Numbered from the stretch's first letter, positions 10,160-20,267 are shown. The stretch: DNA of 64,000 nucleotides from an uncultured virus (IMG/VR IMGVR_UViG_3300017963_000250) (IMGVR_UViG_3300017963_000250); one strand, 5' to 3'. The notes: generated by a model from the letters alone, not told the origin. Made by a program: numbers and translations.

Positions 10160-10530
10160 CTGCCTACCCGCCTTCCTGTTTCTTTGGAAACAAGTAGCTT
10201 CTCGGTATCAACTGTTTACCGTGCTCACGTATTTGTTGGCTGGGGATTTTGCCGTCCTTTATCCCCCGCAAAATCGTCGCCTTGGAGCAACGAAGGATCT
10301 CCGCTGCCTCCTCTACGGTGTAGTATTCTTGTGTCATAGTTTTTATTCCTCCTCAGAATTCCCGTCCGCATGTAATGCAGACGTAATTTGCTACACTACC
10401 GGTATAATTGTCGCCTACAAAGCTGTTGAGGTTCAACATGCGCAAACACCCAGGACAGTATGCGCCATCCGTGTAATCTTTTTCCTCTGGTATATAGTCG
10501 CCGGCGCTCATTCCGCTACCTCCCTTTCCG

Positions 10531-10944
10531 TCACAGACATAACCCGCACACACAGCCGCCCTCCTCGCACTCGTCTATCTCCTCGTCCCATGCTTCCTGT
10601 ACGTAATCACAAATTTTTTCGCGTGCTCTCGGCGTAAGCTTAGCAAGGCATTCGCTGCTTATGTTGCCGTCAAGCTCCTGCACATGCTCCCAGACATCTT
10701 CCCAAATTGCGCCGAAACCGAAACCGCTGCAAAAGAATTCCTCGCGGACACTAAGGCAGTCTGTGCAAGTCTTGTGGGTAAAAAACCCATCATAATTACC
10801 TGCGTAGTACTCGTATTTTTCGCCTTTCTTGATTACCCGGTAGCATTCCTGGCATTTGTGCGGTTTCCTTGCTACGCGCACGGCTTTCTGTATCTCATCG
10901 GCGCAACCGTCATAATCGGCGTATATACAACTGCAATCACTCAT
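10531..10944 (-). CDS. Phage Zn-finger protein
   Basis: ARKPHKCQECYRVIKKGEKYE...KTCTDC pattern common in phage hypothetical proteins; SD GGAGG. Confidence 0.65.
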   Translation of the reverse strand: MSDCSCIYADYDGCADEIQKAVRVARKPHKCQECYRVIKKGEKYEYYAGNYDGFFTHKTCTDCLSVREEFFCSGFGFGAIWEDVWEHVQELDGNISSECLAKLTPRAREKICDYVQEAWDEEIDECEEGGCVCGLCL

Positions 10945-11389
10945 CCGCTACCTCCCTTTCATAAAGATATTTTTCTAACAGGTTATCGAGTTCCTTCCAA
11001 AAGCTCATTCGTTCGCCTCCTCTCCTTTTTTAACCGCCCGGCAGGGTACCTCCTCCCTGCCGGGACTTGCTTTATCTGTTACTTGCTCCCATTTGTCCTG
11101 TCTTACCTGTCCATTAGTTTTTCTCCTACCCGTCTCCGTTGCCTTTGCCGTCACGGTTTTGGCGTATTTGCGAGAAGTCCCAGCAACTCCAGCAGTAGAT
11201 CTTTCCCCGGTATTCCCATTTGCACCTGTATTCTTTTATGTTTTTTGTTTTGTGCCAGGAACTCGCCGGGATGATCTTTTGGCATTGTGAGCACGTCGTT
11301 TCGCTCTTGTTCTCCTTCACTATTGGGTATTCAGTCTTCACAGGGACCTCGCTTTCCTGTCCCCATGAGGGGGACCTTTCATTTCAAAA

Positions 11390-11470
11390 ATTGTATAGAA
11401 ATATATCCAGATGTCAACAAGTTTTTTTAAATTTTTTTATTTGACAACACGCTTGACTAAATGCTATCAT
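11390..11470. promoter_or_regulatory. Divergent promoter pair at the strand switch
   Basis: Minus TTGACA (11417-11412), 16 bp, TACAAT. Plus TTGACA (11441), 18 bp, TATCAT (11465). Confidence 0.6.
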
Positions 11471-11508
11471 AGATGCAGTCGTTTTTTTTATTATAGAAAG
11501 GAGTCTTT

Positions 11509-12261
11509 ATGCCGGATTACAACAACGTACAACTGATGGGGAGACTTACCCGTGACGTCCAGATCAGGCCGACACAGTATGGCTCTATCGGGTCGTTTGG
11601 GCTCGCGGTGAACAGACGCGGCAAAGGGCCGAACGCGAAAGAGGAGACCACATTCGTCGATATCACCGTTTTCGCGAAGCTGGCGGATGTATGCGCGCAG
11701 TACCTCCGCAAAGGCAGTCCGGTGTTCGCGGCGGGGCACCTCAAGCTCGAACAGTGGAACGACCGAACTACCGGCGAGAAACGTAGCAAGCTCGGCGTGG
11801 TAGCCGAAACGGTCCAGTTCCTCGACCGACCACAGGGACAAAGTAACGGTCAGTACCAGGCACAAAACTGGCAGCAACAACCGAACCAGAACTACCCGAC
11901 ACCGCCGCCGCCGCCAGAACAGCATAAAATCCAGGACCAACAACCGCCGGCACAACCGCAGGTACGCGAGTCGATCATGCCCGCGCCCGACACGAACCAG
12001 CCCGGATGGGAAAAAAACCAGGTCGGGTTCAGAAAAGCTGGCGGACACACATGGGGCGAACTCGCCAATGACGTCCAATTGCCGGACGGGACTACCGGAC
12101 GCGATTACCTGACCAAATTGTCGTACTGGAAAGACCAACCGAATATCGCCAGGGTCGCGCAGTGCGCGCTCGACCTGGTCGACGGACAGACCGCAACGCA
12201 ACCGCCAGACCCCGGACCGCCGGCGATGGATGAGCCCGGTGTCGACGAACCGCCGTTTTAG
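11509..12261 (+). CDS. ssb: Single-stranded DNA-binding protein with extended C-terminal region
   Basis: NNVQLMGRLTRD, FGLAVNRR, YLRKGSPV, acidic C-terminal tail DEPPF. Confidence 0.92.
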   Translation: MPDYNNVQLMGRLTRDVQIRPTQYGSIGSFGLAVNRRGKGPNAKEETTFVDITVFAKLADVCAQYLRKGSPVFAAGHLKLEQWNDRTTGEKRSKLGVVAETVQFLDRPQGQSNGQYQAQNWQQQPNQNYPTPPPPPEQHKIQDQQPPAQPQVRESIMPAPDTNQPGWEKNQVGFRKAGGHTWGELANDVQLPDGTTGRDYLTKLSYWKDQPNIARVAQCALDLVDGQTATQPPDPGPPAMDEPGVDEPPF

Positions 12262-12268
12262 GGGAAGA

Positions 12269-12363
12269 TTCACCGCAGAGGGCGCAGAGGACGCAGAGGG
12301 GAGAGAAGACTTGGGGGAAACTTTTTGGAAAAAGTTTCCCCCAAACCCCCTTCAAAAACTTTA
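12269..12363 (+). repeat. Dispersed REP-like intergenic repeat, copy A
   Basis: TTCACCGCAGAG(G)GCGCAGAG..GCAGAG plus GGGGAAACTTTTT..AAAAAGTTTCCCC palindrome plus CCCCCTTCAAAAACTTT. Confidence 0.85.
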
Positions 12364-12379
12364 TTGTGGAGGAGAACAA

Positions 12380-13216
12380 ATGCATGAAATATCCGACATA
12401 GACTCCGATCAATACGGTGAGTATGTCGACGTCACCATAAGCGGCGTAGTTCAGCGTATGCGCCGGATAAGGGCCGGCAAGTTTATGATGGGCTCACCGG
12501 AGAACGAACCGAACCGGGACGACGATGAGACGCTGCATGAAGTGACCATAACGCAGGACTTCTGGCTGGCCGATACGGCCTGCACCCAGGAACTGTGGGA
12601 AGCAGTAATGGGCAGTAACCCCAGCCGGTTCAAAGGAGCGAAGAGACCGGTCGAGAAAGTGACCTGGCATGATTGCAAAAAGTTCCTCGGAAAACTTGAC
12701 GGGTTCCGGTTGCCTACCGAGGCGGAATGGGAATATGCCTGCCGGGCAGGGACGACTACCCCGTACCGTTTTGGCGACAGCATTACGCCGGAGCAGGCAA
12801 ATTACGGCAGTAATCGGGAAGAAGCTGTCGCGGTGAAGTCTTTCCCCTGCAATGCCTGGGGGTTATACGAAATGCATGGTAACGTGTGGGAGTGGTGTTC
12901 CGATTGGCATGGGGAATATAGAGGAGACGCTATTGACCCCGCTGGCCCCGAGGTTGGCTCGCTCCGCGTGTTGCGCGGCGGTAGCTGGTTCTACTACGCC
13001 AGGTTTGCCCGCTCTGCTTTCCGCGGCAGGCGCGATCCTGACTTCCGCTTCGGCAACACCGGTTTTCGTCTTGCCCGAGGTTATATGGAAATGGCAGGGA
13101 AGGGAGAATGGTGGTGCCGGACAGGCGCAGCGGAGCAAGTCGGTCAGGCACCATGGGAAAGGACGACCGTGACAATTGATGGTGTACGGTATAAACTTGT
13201 GCCGCTGGAGAATTAA
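12380..13216 (+). CDS. Formylglycine-generating enzyme (FGE-sulfatase/SUMF1, C-type lectin fold) domain protein
   Basis: FMMGS, RLPTEAEWEYACRAG, NAWGLYEMHGNVWEW, RVLRGGSW, GFRL. Start refined to ATG 12380 after GGAGGAG. Confidence 0.9.
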   Translation: MHEISDIDSDQYGEYVDVTISGVVQRMRRIRAGKFMMGSPENEPNRDDDETLHEVTITQDFWLADTACTQELWEAVMGSNPSRFKGAKRPVEKVTWHDCKKFLGKLDGFRLPTEAEWEYACRAGTTTPYRFGDSITPEQANYGSNREEAVAVKSFPCNAWGLYEMHGNVWEWCSDWHGEYRGDAIDPAGPEVGSLRVLRGGSWFYYARFARSAFRGRRDPDFRFGNTGFRLARGYMEMAGKGEWWCRTGAAEQVGQAPWERTTVTIDGVRYKLVPLEN

Positions 13217-13262
13217 CCGAGGGAAAGTAGTGGGCATGAAGGGGAAAATTATTCTTTTTCGC

Positions 13263-13362
13263 CAAAGTTTTTTGAAGAGGGTTTTGGGGATGGTTTTTTT
13301 CCAAAAAAGCATCCCCAAATTCTTCCTCCCCCCTCTGCGTCCGCTGCGTCTCTGCGGTGAAC
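13263..13362 (-). repeat. Dispersed REP-like repeat, copy B (inverted)
   Basis: Reverse complement of the copy A modules. Confidence 0.8.
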
Positions 13363-13398
13363 TCTTAATTTTTTTTCCTGCACAGAAAGGAGCAAAAC

Positions 13399-13626
13399 AT
13401 GGCAAAGTCCACACAAAAGATAGAGGCCGGCAGGTACGAGGGCAAGACCCTGGCCGAACTGTTCGAGCAGGAGTCCGAGGACGAGATACGCCGGCATGTG
13501 AACTGGATCGCGCGGATAGGGTACCGCGCCGCACCGGAACTGCGCAAGGCCGGACGCATGATCCGCGAGTACATGGAGGGAATGGAGGGAATGGATGAAC
13601 GACGCGCCGAAGATGAAGATTTATAG
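13399..13626 (+). CDS. Hypothetical protein
   Basis: SD AAGGAG; GRYEGKTLAE motif. Confidence 0.55.
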   Translation: MAKSTQKIEAGRYEGKTLAELFEQESEDEIRRHVNWIARIGYRAAPELRKAGRMIREYMEGMEGMDERRAEDEDL

Positions 13627-14011
13627 CGCCAGAAGGAAGATGACCGGCAGGGTCGGGCGGTACCCGATCGGTATCCCGGCCGGCGCTGAGATCGTTTCGG
13701 TCTATTTCGAGGTGACCGACAAACTCGTCGATAGCGAGAACCGTATAGTTGATTGGAACGCCCGGTTCGTCGGTGGACTATCCAACGTCTTATGCGTAGG
13801 CCGGTCCGGCCGAACCAGGTACAAAGGCTACTGCCTGTTCATACCGGAATCGTTCGTCCCGCTCTCTCTGATACGTAATTTTTCGGTGGACGATATAGTC
13901 ACCAAGGACGAGAAACTGGACGAGACGACCGATATTACCGGCATAGAGGTGTATTGCCGGTCGCCGGTAGAAAGCGGCGAGATCCAGTTCCGCTGCGTGT
14001 TTAAGGTGTAG
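13595..14011 (+). CDS. Stand-alone beta-sandwich domain related to the 17.8-20.3 kb C-termini
   Basis: IGIPAGAEIVSVYFEV...WNARFVGG...TTDITGIEV...ESGEIQF. Confidence 0.55.
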   Translation: MNDAPKMKIYSARRKMTGRVGRYPIGIPAGAEIVSVYFEVTDKLVDSENRIVDWNARFVGGLSNVLCVGRSGRTRYKGYCLFIPESFVPLSLIRNFSVDDIVTKDEKLDETTDITGIEVYCRSPVESGEIQFRCVFKV

Positions 14012-14013
14012 GA

Positions 14014-14178
14014 ATTCACCGCAGAGGCGCAGAGAGCGCAGAGGGAAGAGAAGACTTGGGGGAAACTTTTTGTAAAAAGTTTCCCCCAAACCCCCTTCAA
14101 AAACTTTATTGTGGGTAATAAAAATAAAAAAAATTATCTTCCTCTCCCCTCTGCAATCTCTGCGCCTCTGCGGTGAAT
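14014..14178. repeat. Dispersed REP-like repeat, copies C (forward plus inverted)
   Basis: Forward unit 14014-14108; inverted CTCTGCGCCTCTGCGGTGAA unit at about 14140-14178. Confidence 0.85.
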
Positions 14179-14214
14179 CTCCCCATTCCCCTTCCCTACA
14201 AGAAAGGATATATC

Positions 14215-14598
14215 ATGGAAAAATTCGAACTAAAAGACGAGCATTTGATGATACTGGAAAACAGAAGCGTTCGGAGGGCCGGTGTAATATCTGCCATTTG
14301 CGTGATTGCCGGTGCCAGTTACGAACGCTTCCAGGCAGAGATAGAGAAAGCGATGGAGGTGATATGCCAGGCACGCACGTTTATGCCCGGGATGTATGAA
14401 CAGGGCGAGGACGGACGATGGCGACGGGAGGAAGTTCCCCCTCCCCCTCCCCCTATGGTGTCGTCTCCCCTCGATGATGACGACGAGATACTCGATGCGG
14501 TAGCGAACGAGTACGCGCCGCCGGAGGCGACCACGAACGCGGACGGCGAGATACTCGACAGTGCCGGCGGGAACGATAACGGCGAACTTTTGGAGTAG
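14215..14598 (+). CDS. Hypothetical protein, acidic/Pro-rich tail
   Basis: SD AAGGA, start refined to MEKFEL. Confidence 0.5.
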   Translation: MEKFELKDEHLMILENRSVRRAGVISAICVIAGASYERFQAEIEKAMEVICQARTFMPGMYEQGEDGRWRREEVPPPPPPMVSSPLDDDDEILDAVANEYAPPEATTNADGEILDSAGGNDNGELLE

Positions 14599-15216
14599 AG
14601 CGATGAAAAAAGGCGACAGATTCCAGATAACGGTACCGGACGGTGCCTCGTCCTACGATATCGGTGACGAGGTGCAACTCGAACGTGGCGATCGGTCTGG
14701 TTTTACCAGGGTGGTCGCGGTAGACGGTAGACAGTTGACCTTGCTGGTGACGAAGGTGTTGCGATGAGTACGATAAAATTGGTGTATTACAAAGGCGGGT
14801 TTTACATGAAGTCGGGTACGACCATGAGTTGCTTGTATACCGAAGACAAGCAGCGGTGTGACTGGGGGATCGTGGAAAGAACCCTGGAAAATGGCGACAC
14901 AATAACCATACGTCCAGCGAACCATGCCGAGATGACATGGGCGAAAAAAAAACTTGAGGAGTGCCAAAAATGACGATACTCGGGATGCCGGTCTTGCTTT
15001 TCCTGCTGCTTTTTATAGTAGGATGGGCAACGATCGCGCTTATTTATTCACTGTTTTACACTTTCTTCCTGCAACTCGGGAAGAAGGGCCTTATGTGTGC
15101 GGCGATAATTTTAGTGTTTGACATTATCACGTTTTACGTGGTAAAATATTACAAGAGGTATACCGGGCGAGAGATATTGTAGGACTGCTCATAGACCCCT
15201 TTCCGAAATGGTTTTT

Positions 15217-15252
15217 ATGCCGACCGATAGAGCACCGGTCGGCATTTTTTTT
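15217..15252 (+). terminator. Intrinsic terminator-like hairpin
   Basis: ATGCCGACCG...CGGTCGGCAT followed by T-run. Confidence 0.6.
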
Positions 15253-15265
15253 TGGAGAAAATAAT

Positions 15266-15772
15266 TTGAAAATAGTACTCGGGATAGATCCCGGTCGGAA
15301 CATGGGGTATGCTTTGGTTGGGGAGCGCCCAAGTGGCGGGTACACCCTGTTCTGGCACAAACTCGACAAGGACCGGCCAAGGCTCGGGTTCGACAAAAGA
15401 CTTTGTTCTCTGCGCGAGTTCCTTTGCGACACCGTCGACGGGCTCGGCGATATCGAGATCGCCATAGAGGACGTATACGTGTCGACCGGGGCGAAAAAAA
15501 ATTACAGAGCGAACTTGCGCCTCGCGCAAATAGTTGGTATGATAAAATCTACACTGTATTCTCAAGACATGGAGTTTTTCGAGTACGCGCCGGCGACAAT
15601 TAAGAAAAGCGTAGCCAAGGGAAATGCGTCCAAAGAGCAGGTACAGAGAGTTTGCCGTCTAATGTTCGACCTCCATGGTCAAAAAATAAGCGAACATGAG
15701 TTCGACGCGATGGCGATCGCCATCTGCCACATAAATAACCGAAAAGCGAAAATGCTCGGGTTGAAGGCGTAA
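15266..15772 (+). CDS. ruvC: Holliday junction resolvase RuvC
   Basis: VLGIDPG, IAIED, YAPATIKKSV..GNASKEQV, DAMAIAICH. Confidence 0.92.
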   Translation: MKIVLGIDPGRNMGYALVGERPSGGYTLFWHKLDKDRPRLGFDKRLCSLREFLCDTVDGLGDIEIAIEDVYVSTGAKKNYRANLRLAQIVGMIKSTLYSQDMEFFEYAPATIKKSVAKGNASKEQVQRVCRLMFDLHGQKISEHEFDAMAIAICHINNRKAKMLGLKA

Positions 15773-15789
15773 TTCAGGGGAGGGGGAGA

Positions 15790-15898
15790 TTCACCGCAGA
15801 GGCGCAGAGAGCGCAGAGGAAAGAGAAGAATTGGGGGAAACTTTCCAAAAGCTCTCCCTGATTTTTCTTCTCTCTCCTCTGCGTCTCTGCGGTGAATT
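15790..15898. repeat. Dispersed REP-like repeat, copies D (inverted pair)
   Basis: TTCACCGCAGAGGCGCAGAG ... CTCTGCGTCTCTGCGGTGAA. Confidence 0.85.
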
Positions 15899-15926
15899 CC
15901 CCTTCCTCCCATTTGAGGTGAGTGAT

Positions 15927-16151
15927 ATGGTAAAGAGATACCGTTCCGGCCGCGCGGCGGCGATGGGGTTGACCGAGGACGACGTGTGCCCGCGTCAGCT
16001 TGAGATGGGGATAGTGGTCGAATACGAGCATACCGATAATCGCGAAGTAGCGAAGCAGATCGCGCTCGATCATCTCGCCGAACTGCCTGACTATTACACC
16101 AGACTACTAGACATGGAGAGTCTGGGCAAATTATATTGGGGGATAAAGTGA
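15927..16151 (+). CDS. DUF5661-like small viral protein
   Basis: QLEMGIVVEYEHT...AKQIALDHLAELPDYYTRL; start refined to ATG 15927. Confidence 0.7.
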   Translation: MVKRYRSGRAAAMGLTEDDVCPRQLEMGIVVEYEHTDNREVAKQIALDHLAELPDYYTRLLDMESLGKLYWGIK

Positions 16152-16152
16152 C

Positions 16153-17397
16153 ATGGTTGATTTCAAATTCAGTTCCGGTAGCAGCGCCGGCACAGGTGGC
16201 GTAACGACCGGCGCTACCACGATCAATGTCGGGCCGACGCGGACGTATACCACCCCGGCGAGCGCGTTTGCGCTCCTGGACAGCGTCTACTATCGTGGCG
16301 GCATCACCTTCGTGCTCGATCCGGGCGTGTATGCTTCAGCGAGCATCTCAAGCAAGTATCCGGACAAGGTGACCGTTTTGGGCGACACGTCCCGTTCGCT
16401 TGCGGGCAACCATTGGAAGAACGGTTTGGACAATAGCTATTACCCGCCGAGCTATGCGGGCACCGGTACGATCACGATCACGAACACCGGGAACAAGATA
16501 GTCGTCAGTTGCGCCACGACAGACCCTGATTTTGTTGCCGGTGGGATCGTTTCCGGCGACAAGGTCGTAGCAAAGAACACGGCAGGAACCGTTGCCGAGT
16601 ATGAAATAGACAGCATTTCCGGCGTGGGCAATAACGAGCTGGTTTTGACGACTACTGCGCCGAGCATGACCGGGGACACCGGTTTTTTTATCGCGCCGAA
16701 CGTGGAGATAGCCGGGCTTTCGATCCAGGGTCCGCGCGAGGTAGACGTGCAGGGCATCTATACAAAGAACGGCCATTTCTCTGTGAACTACGCGGACACC
16801 TTCAACTTTGAGCGGTTGTGTGCGTATAATGGACCGTCGACGAGATTTTTTGCGTGTCGGTACAACAAATATGTATACGGCGGATACCTTTCTGTTGCCG
16901 GCCGCGTGGCGTCCGACATCCAGTATTGCGACAACGTCTATATGTGGGATATTTTGTGCCTGGACGACGAACCGGTGGCGTGGCCTGTGATAAAATTGCT
17001 ATATAACAGGTATTGCAATCTCGATTGGATAGACATAATCGGGAAGACCGGGTCGGGCAAGGTCGGATTCCAATGCGAATATGCCGATTACCTGCTCCTG
17101 AACTATGGTGTTCGTTCCAAGAATATCGGGTACCACATGTTTTTGCAGGGGGTGAGAAACGCATATACCATAAACAACGATCTCGACACCGGCCTGTACG
17201 GGATATGGTCGGTATGGTCGAAACTTTATGCGGATGTGCCCCAGTCGATAAAAAACAACACGACATATGGGGTACGGGCAGAGAACAAGGCGTTGGTGGA
17301 CGTAATCGGCGGTACGTTCTCGGGCAACGGTTCCGACTTTTCGCCGGCGATCAGTGGCGCGGAGGGGAACAACGACGCCATAATAAACCATCCATAA
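16153..17397 (+). CDS. Fibre/spike-like protein with probable beta-helix C-terminus
   Basis: G/T/S/V-rich; TINVGPTRTYTT..A motif; C-terminal NN/YG repeats; MVDFKF N-terminus. Confidence 0.55.
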   Translation: MVDFKFSSGSSAGTGGVTTGATTINVGPTRTYTTPASAFALLDSVYYRGGITFVLDPGVYASASISSKYPDKVTVLGDTSRSLAGNHWKNGLDNSYYPPSYAGTGTITITNTGNKIVVSCATTDPDFVAGGIVSGDKVVAKNTAGTVAEYEIDSISGVGNNELVLTTTAPSMTGDTGFFIAPNVEIAGLSIQGPREVDVQGIYTKNGHFSVNYADTFNFERLCAYNGPSTRFFACRYNKYVYGGYLSVAGRVASDIQYCDNVYMWDILCLDDEPVAWPVIKLLYNRYCNLDWIDIIGKTGSGKVGFQCEYADYLLLNYGVRSKNIGYHMFLQGVRNAYTINNDLDTGLYGIWSVWSKLYADVPQSIKNNTTYGVRAENKALVDVIGGTFSGNGSDFSPAISGAEGNNDAIINHP

Positions 17398-17403
17398 AGG
17401 AGT

Positions 17404-17817
17404 TTGGTGATGCAGGAAGGATATGTTATCTATCGTGAAGATGGCGGTAACAAGTATGTGACGGGCACGGAGTCGATAAAGCCGACCTCACTCCCCGAGG
17501 GACACGGTTACGTGCATTGGGTCGTCAAAATATCCGGCGGGTTTCCGAAGATATGGGAGTCTGCCGACGACAAGAAGAGGCGTTTCCCGCCTGACGCATG
17601 GGGATCGTTGTCGTTTGAGGACGACCCTCCGTTCGTCGACACGCGTCCATTCTCGGAGCAGAGGGAGTGTGGATATGTGATAGAGCTAGACACGCTGTCT
17701 ATCAAATGGCGTAACATAAGCGAAGAGGATGGCGAGTCGGGGCAAAAGACTATAGACGCCAAAGCAGAGTACGACTCGGCAAGGAGCGACATAAAGAGCA
17801 AGTACCCGAAAACATAA
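17404..17817 (+). CDS. Putative fibre-associated/chaperone protein
   Basis: Follows the fibre gene; C-terminal IKSKYPK motif seen in phage fibre chaperones. Confidence 0.45.
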   Translation: MVMQEGYVIYREDGGNKYVTGTESIKPTSLPEGHGYVHWVVKISGGFPKIWESADDKKRRFPPDAWGSLSFEDDPPFVDTRPFSEQRECGYVIELDTLSIKWRNISEEDGESGQKTIDAKAEYDSARSDIKSKYPKT

Positions 17818-17840
17818 TTTTTTTCAGGAGGGTAAGTGAT

Positions 17841-18683
17841 ATGGTAGATTTTAAATTCGTTGGCAGCGCCACCGGTAGCGACGTGTGGGGACTGTCCGGG
17901 GGGAAAGGGGCGACCAAGACCGGTGTCGACGAGATAGAAATCAATCTCGGTGCCGGTAAGAGCTTTGTAATAAAGGATTCGACGACAGTCCAAAAATTTC
18001 GCCTTGACGATACCGGCGACGTGGTTATAAACCCGGCGACCACCGCTTCGATCATTTTGCGTACTGCCGGCCTTGAGCGGTTGTACCTGAAAAATTACGA
18101 TGCGTCTGCCGATGCGTCTCTCATAGTGAAGTACTTGATGGCGGCATGGGGCGTACAATTAGGGCCACTTGGCTCTGGCGAACTACTTAAGCGACAGGGT
18201 GCCGGCGTTATCTCCGCGCGCAACAACGGCGATACCCTGTATGTCGACTTCTGGGCGAAGGAACTGCGTGGCGAGACGTCGGTTTTGACCTCGCTCACAT
18301 ATGGCGGGACCGTTGGCAGGGTGCTTTATCCAGCGATAGTCGACGTTTCGGCGAGCACTACCGCGCAGGTAAATGTCCCGTCCGGGTCGAAAGTGATAGG
18401 CGTGTTGTGGATAGTGAAGACCGCGGTCTCCATCACCGGTGGCACCGGTCAGTGGAGCGGCGCGTATACTGCCGGGGTAGGGTCGCAAGCGATCTCGTCC
18501 GCGCAAGCCGTTGCCAAGGATACCGCTGCCGAGGTGTTTTTCGACCCGAACTCGAATAACCCGGTCGCGTCCGCCGAGGTCGATATCGACGTTTCAGCGG
18601 ACGGCGGCGGCAGTTTCAATTCCGGCGAGATATTGTTCGTTGCGGTAGCGGAGACGATGAGCGGGTTGACCGCGTTCCCGTAA
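17841..18683 (+). CDS. Putative virion spike/fibre protein, paralog 1
   Basis: MVDFKFVGS N-terminus; TYGG...VPSGSKVIGV...FNSGEI C-terminal domain. Confidence 0.6.
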   Translation: MVDFKFVGSATGSDVWGLSGGKGATKTGVDEIEINLGAGKSFVIKDSTTVQKFRLDDTGDVVINPATTASIILRTAGLERLYLKNYDASADASLIVKYLMAAWGVQLGPLGSGELLKRQGAGVISARNNGDTLYVDFWAKELRGETSVLTSLTYGGTVGRVLYPAIVDVSASTTAQVNVPSGSKVIGVLWIVKTAVSITGGTGQWSGAYTAGVGSQAISSAQAVAKDTAAEVFFDPNSNNPVASAEVDIDVSADGGGSFNSGEILFVAVAETMSGLTAFP

Positions 18684-18704
18684 TAGACAGGAGAGGTGAG
18701 TGAT

Positions 18705-19541
18705 ATGGTAGATTTCAAATTTGTCGGCAGCGGCGTTGGTAGCCTGGTATGGGAGCGATCCGGCACAACCGGTCGGACAAAGGCCGGTGTAGACGACGTA
18801 GAGATGAACCTGGGGGATGCCGCCGGCGCAAATGCGGTATACGTCAAGGATTCCGGTGGCAACTCCAAACTCAAAGCAGATAGCCTCGGCAGGTTGCAGT
18901 TCGACCCTGTGGGCAACGGCAGCATTTTGAAGATGGGGCTGTTTAACCAGTTAGAGGTGCGAAACAACCTAGATACTGCGTATAGATCATTGCGCGCACT
19001 CAGTTGCCTGGCCACAACTCTTCTGTGTCAGACACTTCAAGAAGGTTTCGGTACGACAAACCTTTTTTTCAAGACGAATGGCGCTGCGTTTGGGTTCGAG
19101 TTTCTCGACAACACAGGTGCGAGCCTGGCAGAAATAGACAACGACGGCAACTTTTCCCAAAAGTCGCCAACATATGGCGGCGCATTCGCATTAAAAAAAT
19201 ACGAGGGATTGGTCGATTTATCCGGCGCGACCCAGATCACGCTGAACATCCCGATAAACGTGGTTATCCTCGGTGTGGCGTTTGTGGTCAAAACTGCGAT
19301 AACCGGCAGTGGCGGGCTCACTGACTGGTCTGCCGCTTTTTCCGGAGGATCGACGCTGCCGATCGTCTCTACGCAAGCTCTCGCCAAAAACACCAAGGCC
19401 AAAAAGGCGAACGCTGGCATAGAGACTACCGCTACCACCCAGATCCAGATATCCGCTAATGGTGTTGAAACATTCTCGGCTGGCGAGATAGTGGCCGTGG
19501 CGCTGGTGAGAGAAATAACCGATCTGGACAGTTTTGCATAG
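18705..19541 (+). CDS. Putative virion spike/fibre protein, paralog 2
   Basis: MVDFKFVGS; TYGG...IPINVVILGV...FSAGEI...DLDSFA. Confidence 0.6.
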   Translation: MVDFKFVGSGVGSLVWERSGTTGRTKAGVDDVEMNLGDAAGANAVYVKDSGGNSKLKADSLGRLQFDPVGNGSILKMGLFNQLEVRNNLDTAYRSLRALSCLATTLLCQTLQEGFGTTNLFFKTNGAAFGFEFLDNTGASLAEIDNDGNFSQKSPTYGGAFALKKYEGLVDLSGATQITLNIPINVVILGVAFVVKTAITGSGGLTDWSAAFSGGSTLPIVSTQALAKNTKAKKANAGIETTATTQIQISANGVETFSAGEIVAVALVREITDLDSFA

Positions 19542-19553
19542 GAGGGAGCACAG

Positions 19554-20267
19554 ATGGCAGTCCAAGCAGATGGAATAAAAATAGGGCAAAGAGGCGATGG
19601 GATATACGGTACGAGCATAGTGCTTTTTCCGGAGAACAAGTCTGTACGTGCGAGTTCGACATACCTTATGTTTCAGGACGATAATTTCCCCGCCCCGATG
19701 GCGTATATAAACGGAAATTCAATTTTGTTCGGCACCGCAACCTCGGTTGGCAACGCTGGATATTTTACCGGTTACACCGGGCACGATTTACGTCTCCGAC
19801 ATTACAACGCCAGCCAAAAAATAGTATTCCAAGATCACAATGGCGTCACATATGCGTTATACGACCTTGCTGGCAATCATAGCCTAAAGTCAATCACTTA
19901 CGGCGGCGAATATTCCCGCAAGAAATATGAGGCAGCAGCAACGCTTTCCGGCGCATCCACTACGCTACAGACGAATATTCCCACCGACACACTGATTGTC
20001 GGGTATCAATTCGTCGTCGAGGAGATTATCACCTCTGGGGATGGCGCAACGTCCTGGAAAGCGACATTATCCGGTGGAGCCAGCGATGAGCTGTTTACTG
20101 GGCAAGCTTTCACCAAGAACACAAAGAAGAAAAAACGGATAGCAGGCATAGAGGCGGCAAGCGAAGTGGATGTTTTGATCGAGCCAGATTCTGGCACATT
20201 CAGCGGCGGGAAAATCGCTTGTGTATTTTTGGTCGAAGAAGCGTCTGATTTGGACAGCTTTGCATAG
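19554..20267 (+). CDS. Putative virion spike/fibre protein, paralog 3
   Basis: TYGG...IPTDTLIVGY...FSGGKI...DLDSFA. Confidence 0.6.
   Translation: MAVQADGIKIGQRGDGIYGTSIVLFPENKSVRASSTYLMFQDDNFPAPMAYINGNSILFGTATSVGNAGYFTGYTGHDLRLRHYNASQKIVFQDHNGVTYALYDLAGNHSLKSITYGGEYSRKKYEAAATLSGASTTLQTNIPTDTLIVGYQFVVEEIITSGDGATSWKATLSGGASDELFTGQAFTKNTKKKKRIAGIEAASEVDVLIEPDSGTFSGGKIACVFLVEEASDLDSFA

Noticed and set aside
12269..12363. ORF extensions reading FTAEGAEDAE / LCALCASAV
   Set aside because: Translations of the dispersed REP-like repeat; gene starts were moved downstream accordingly
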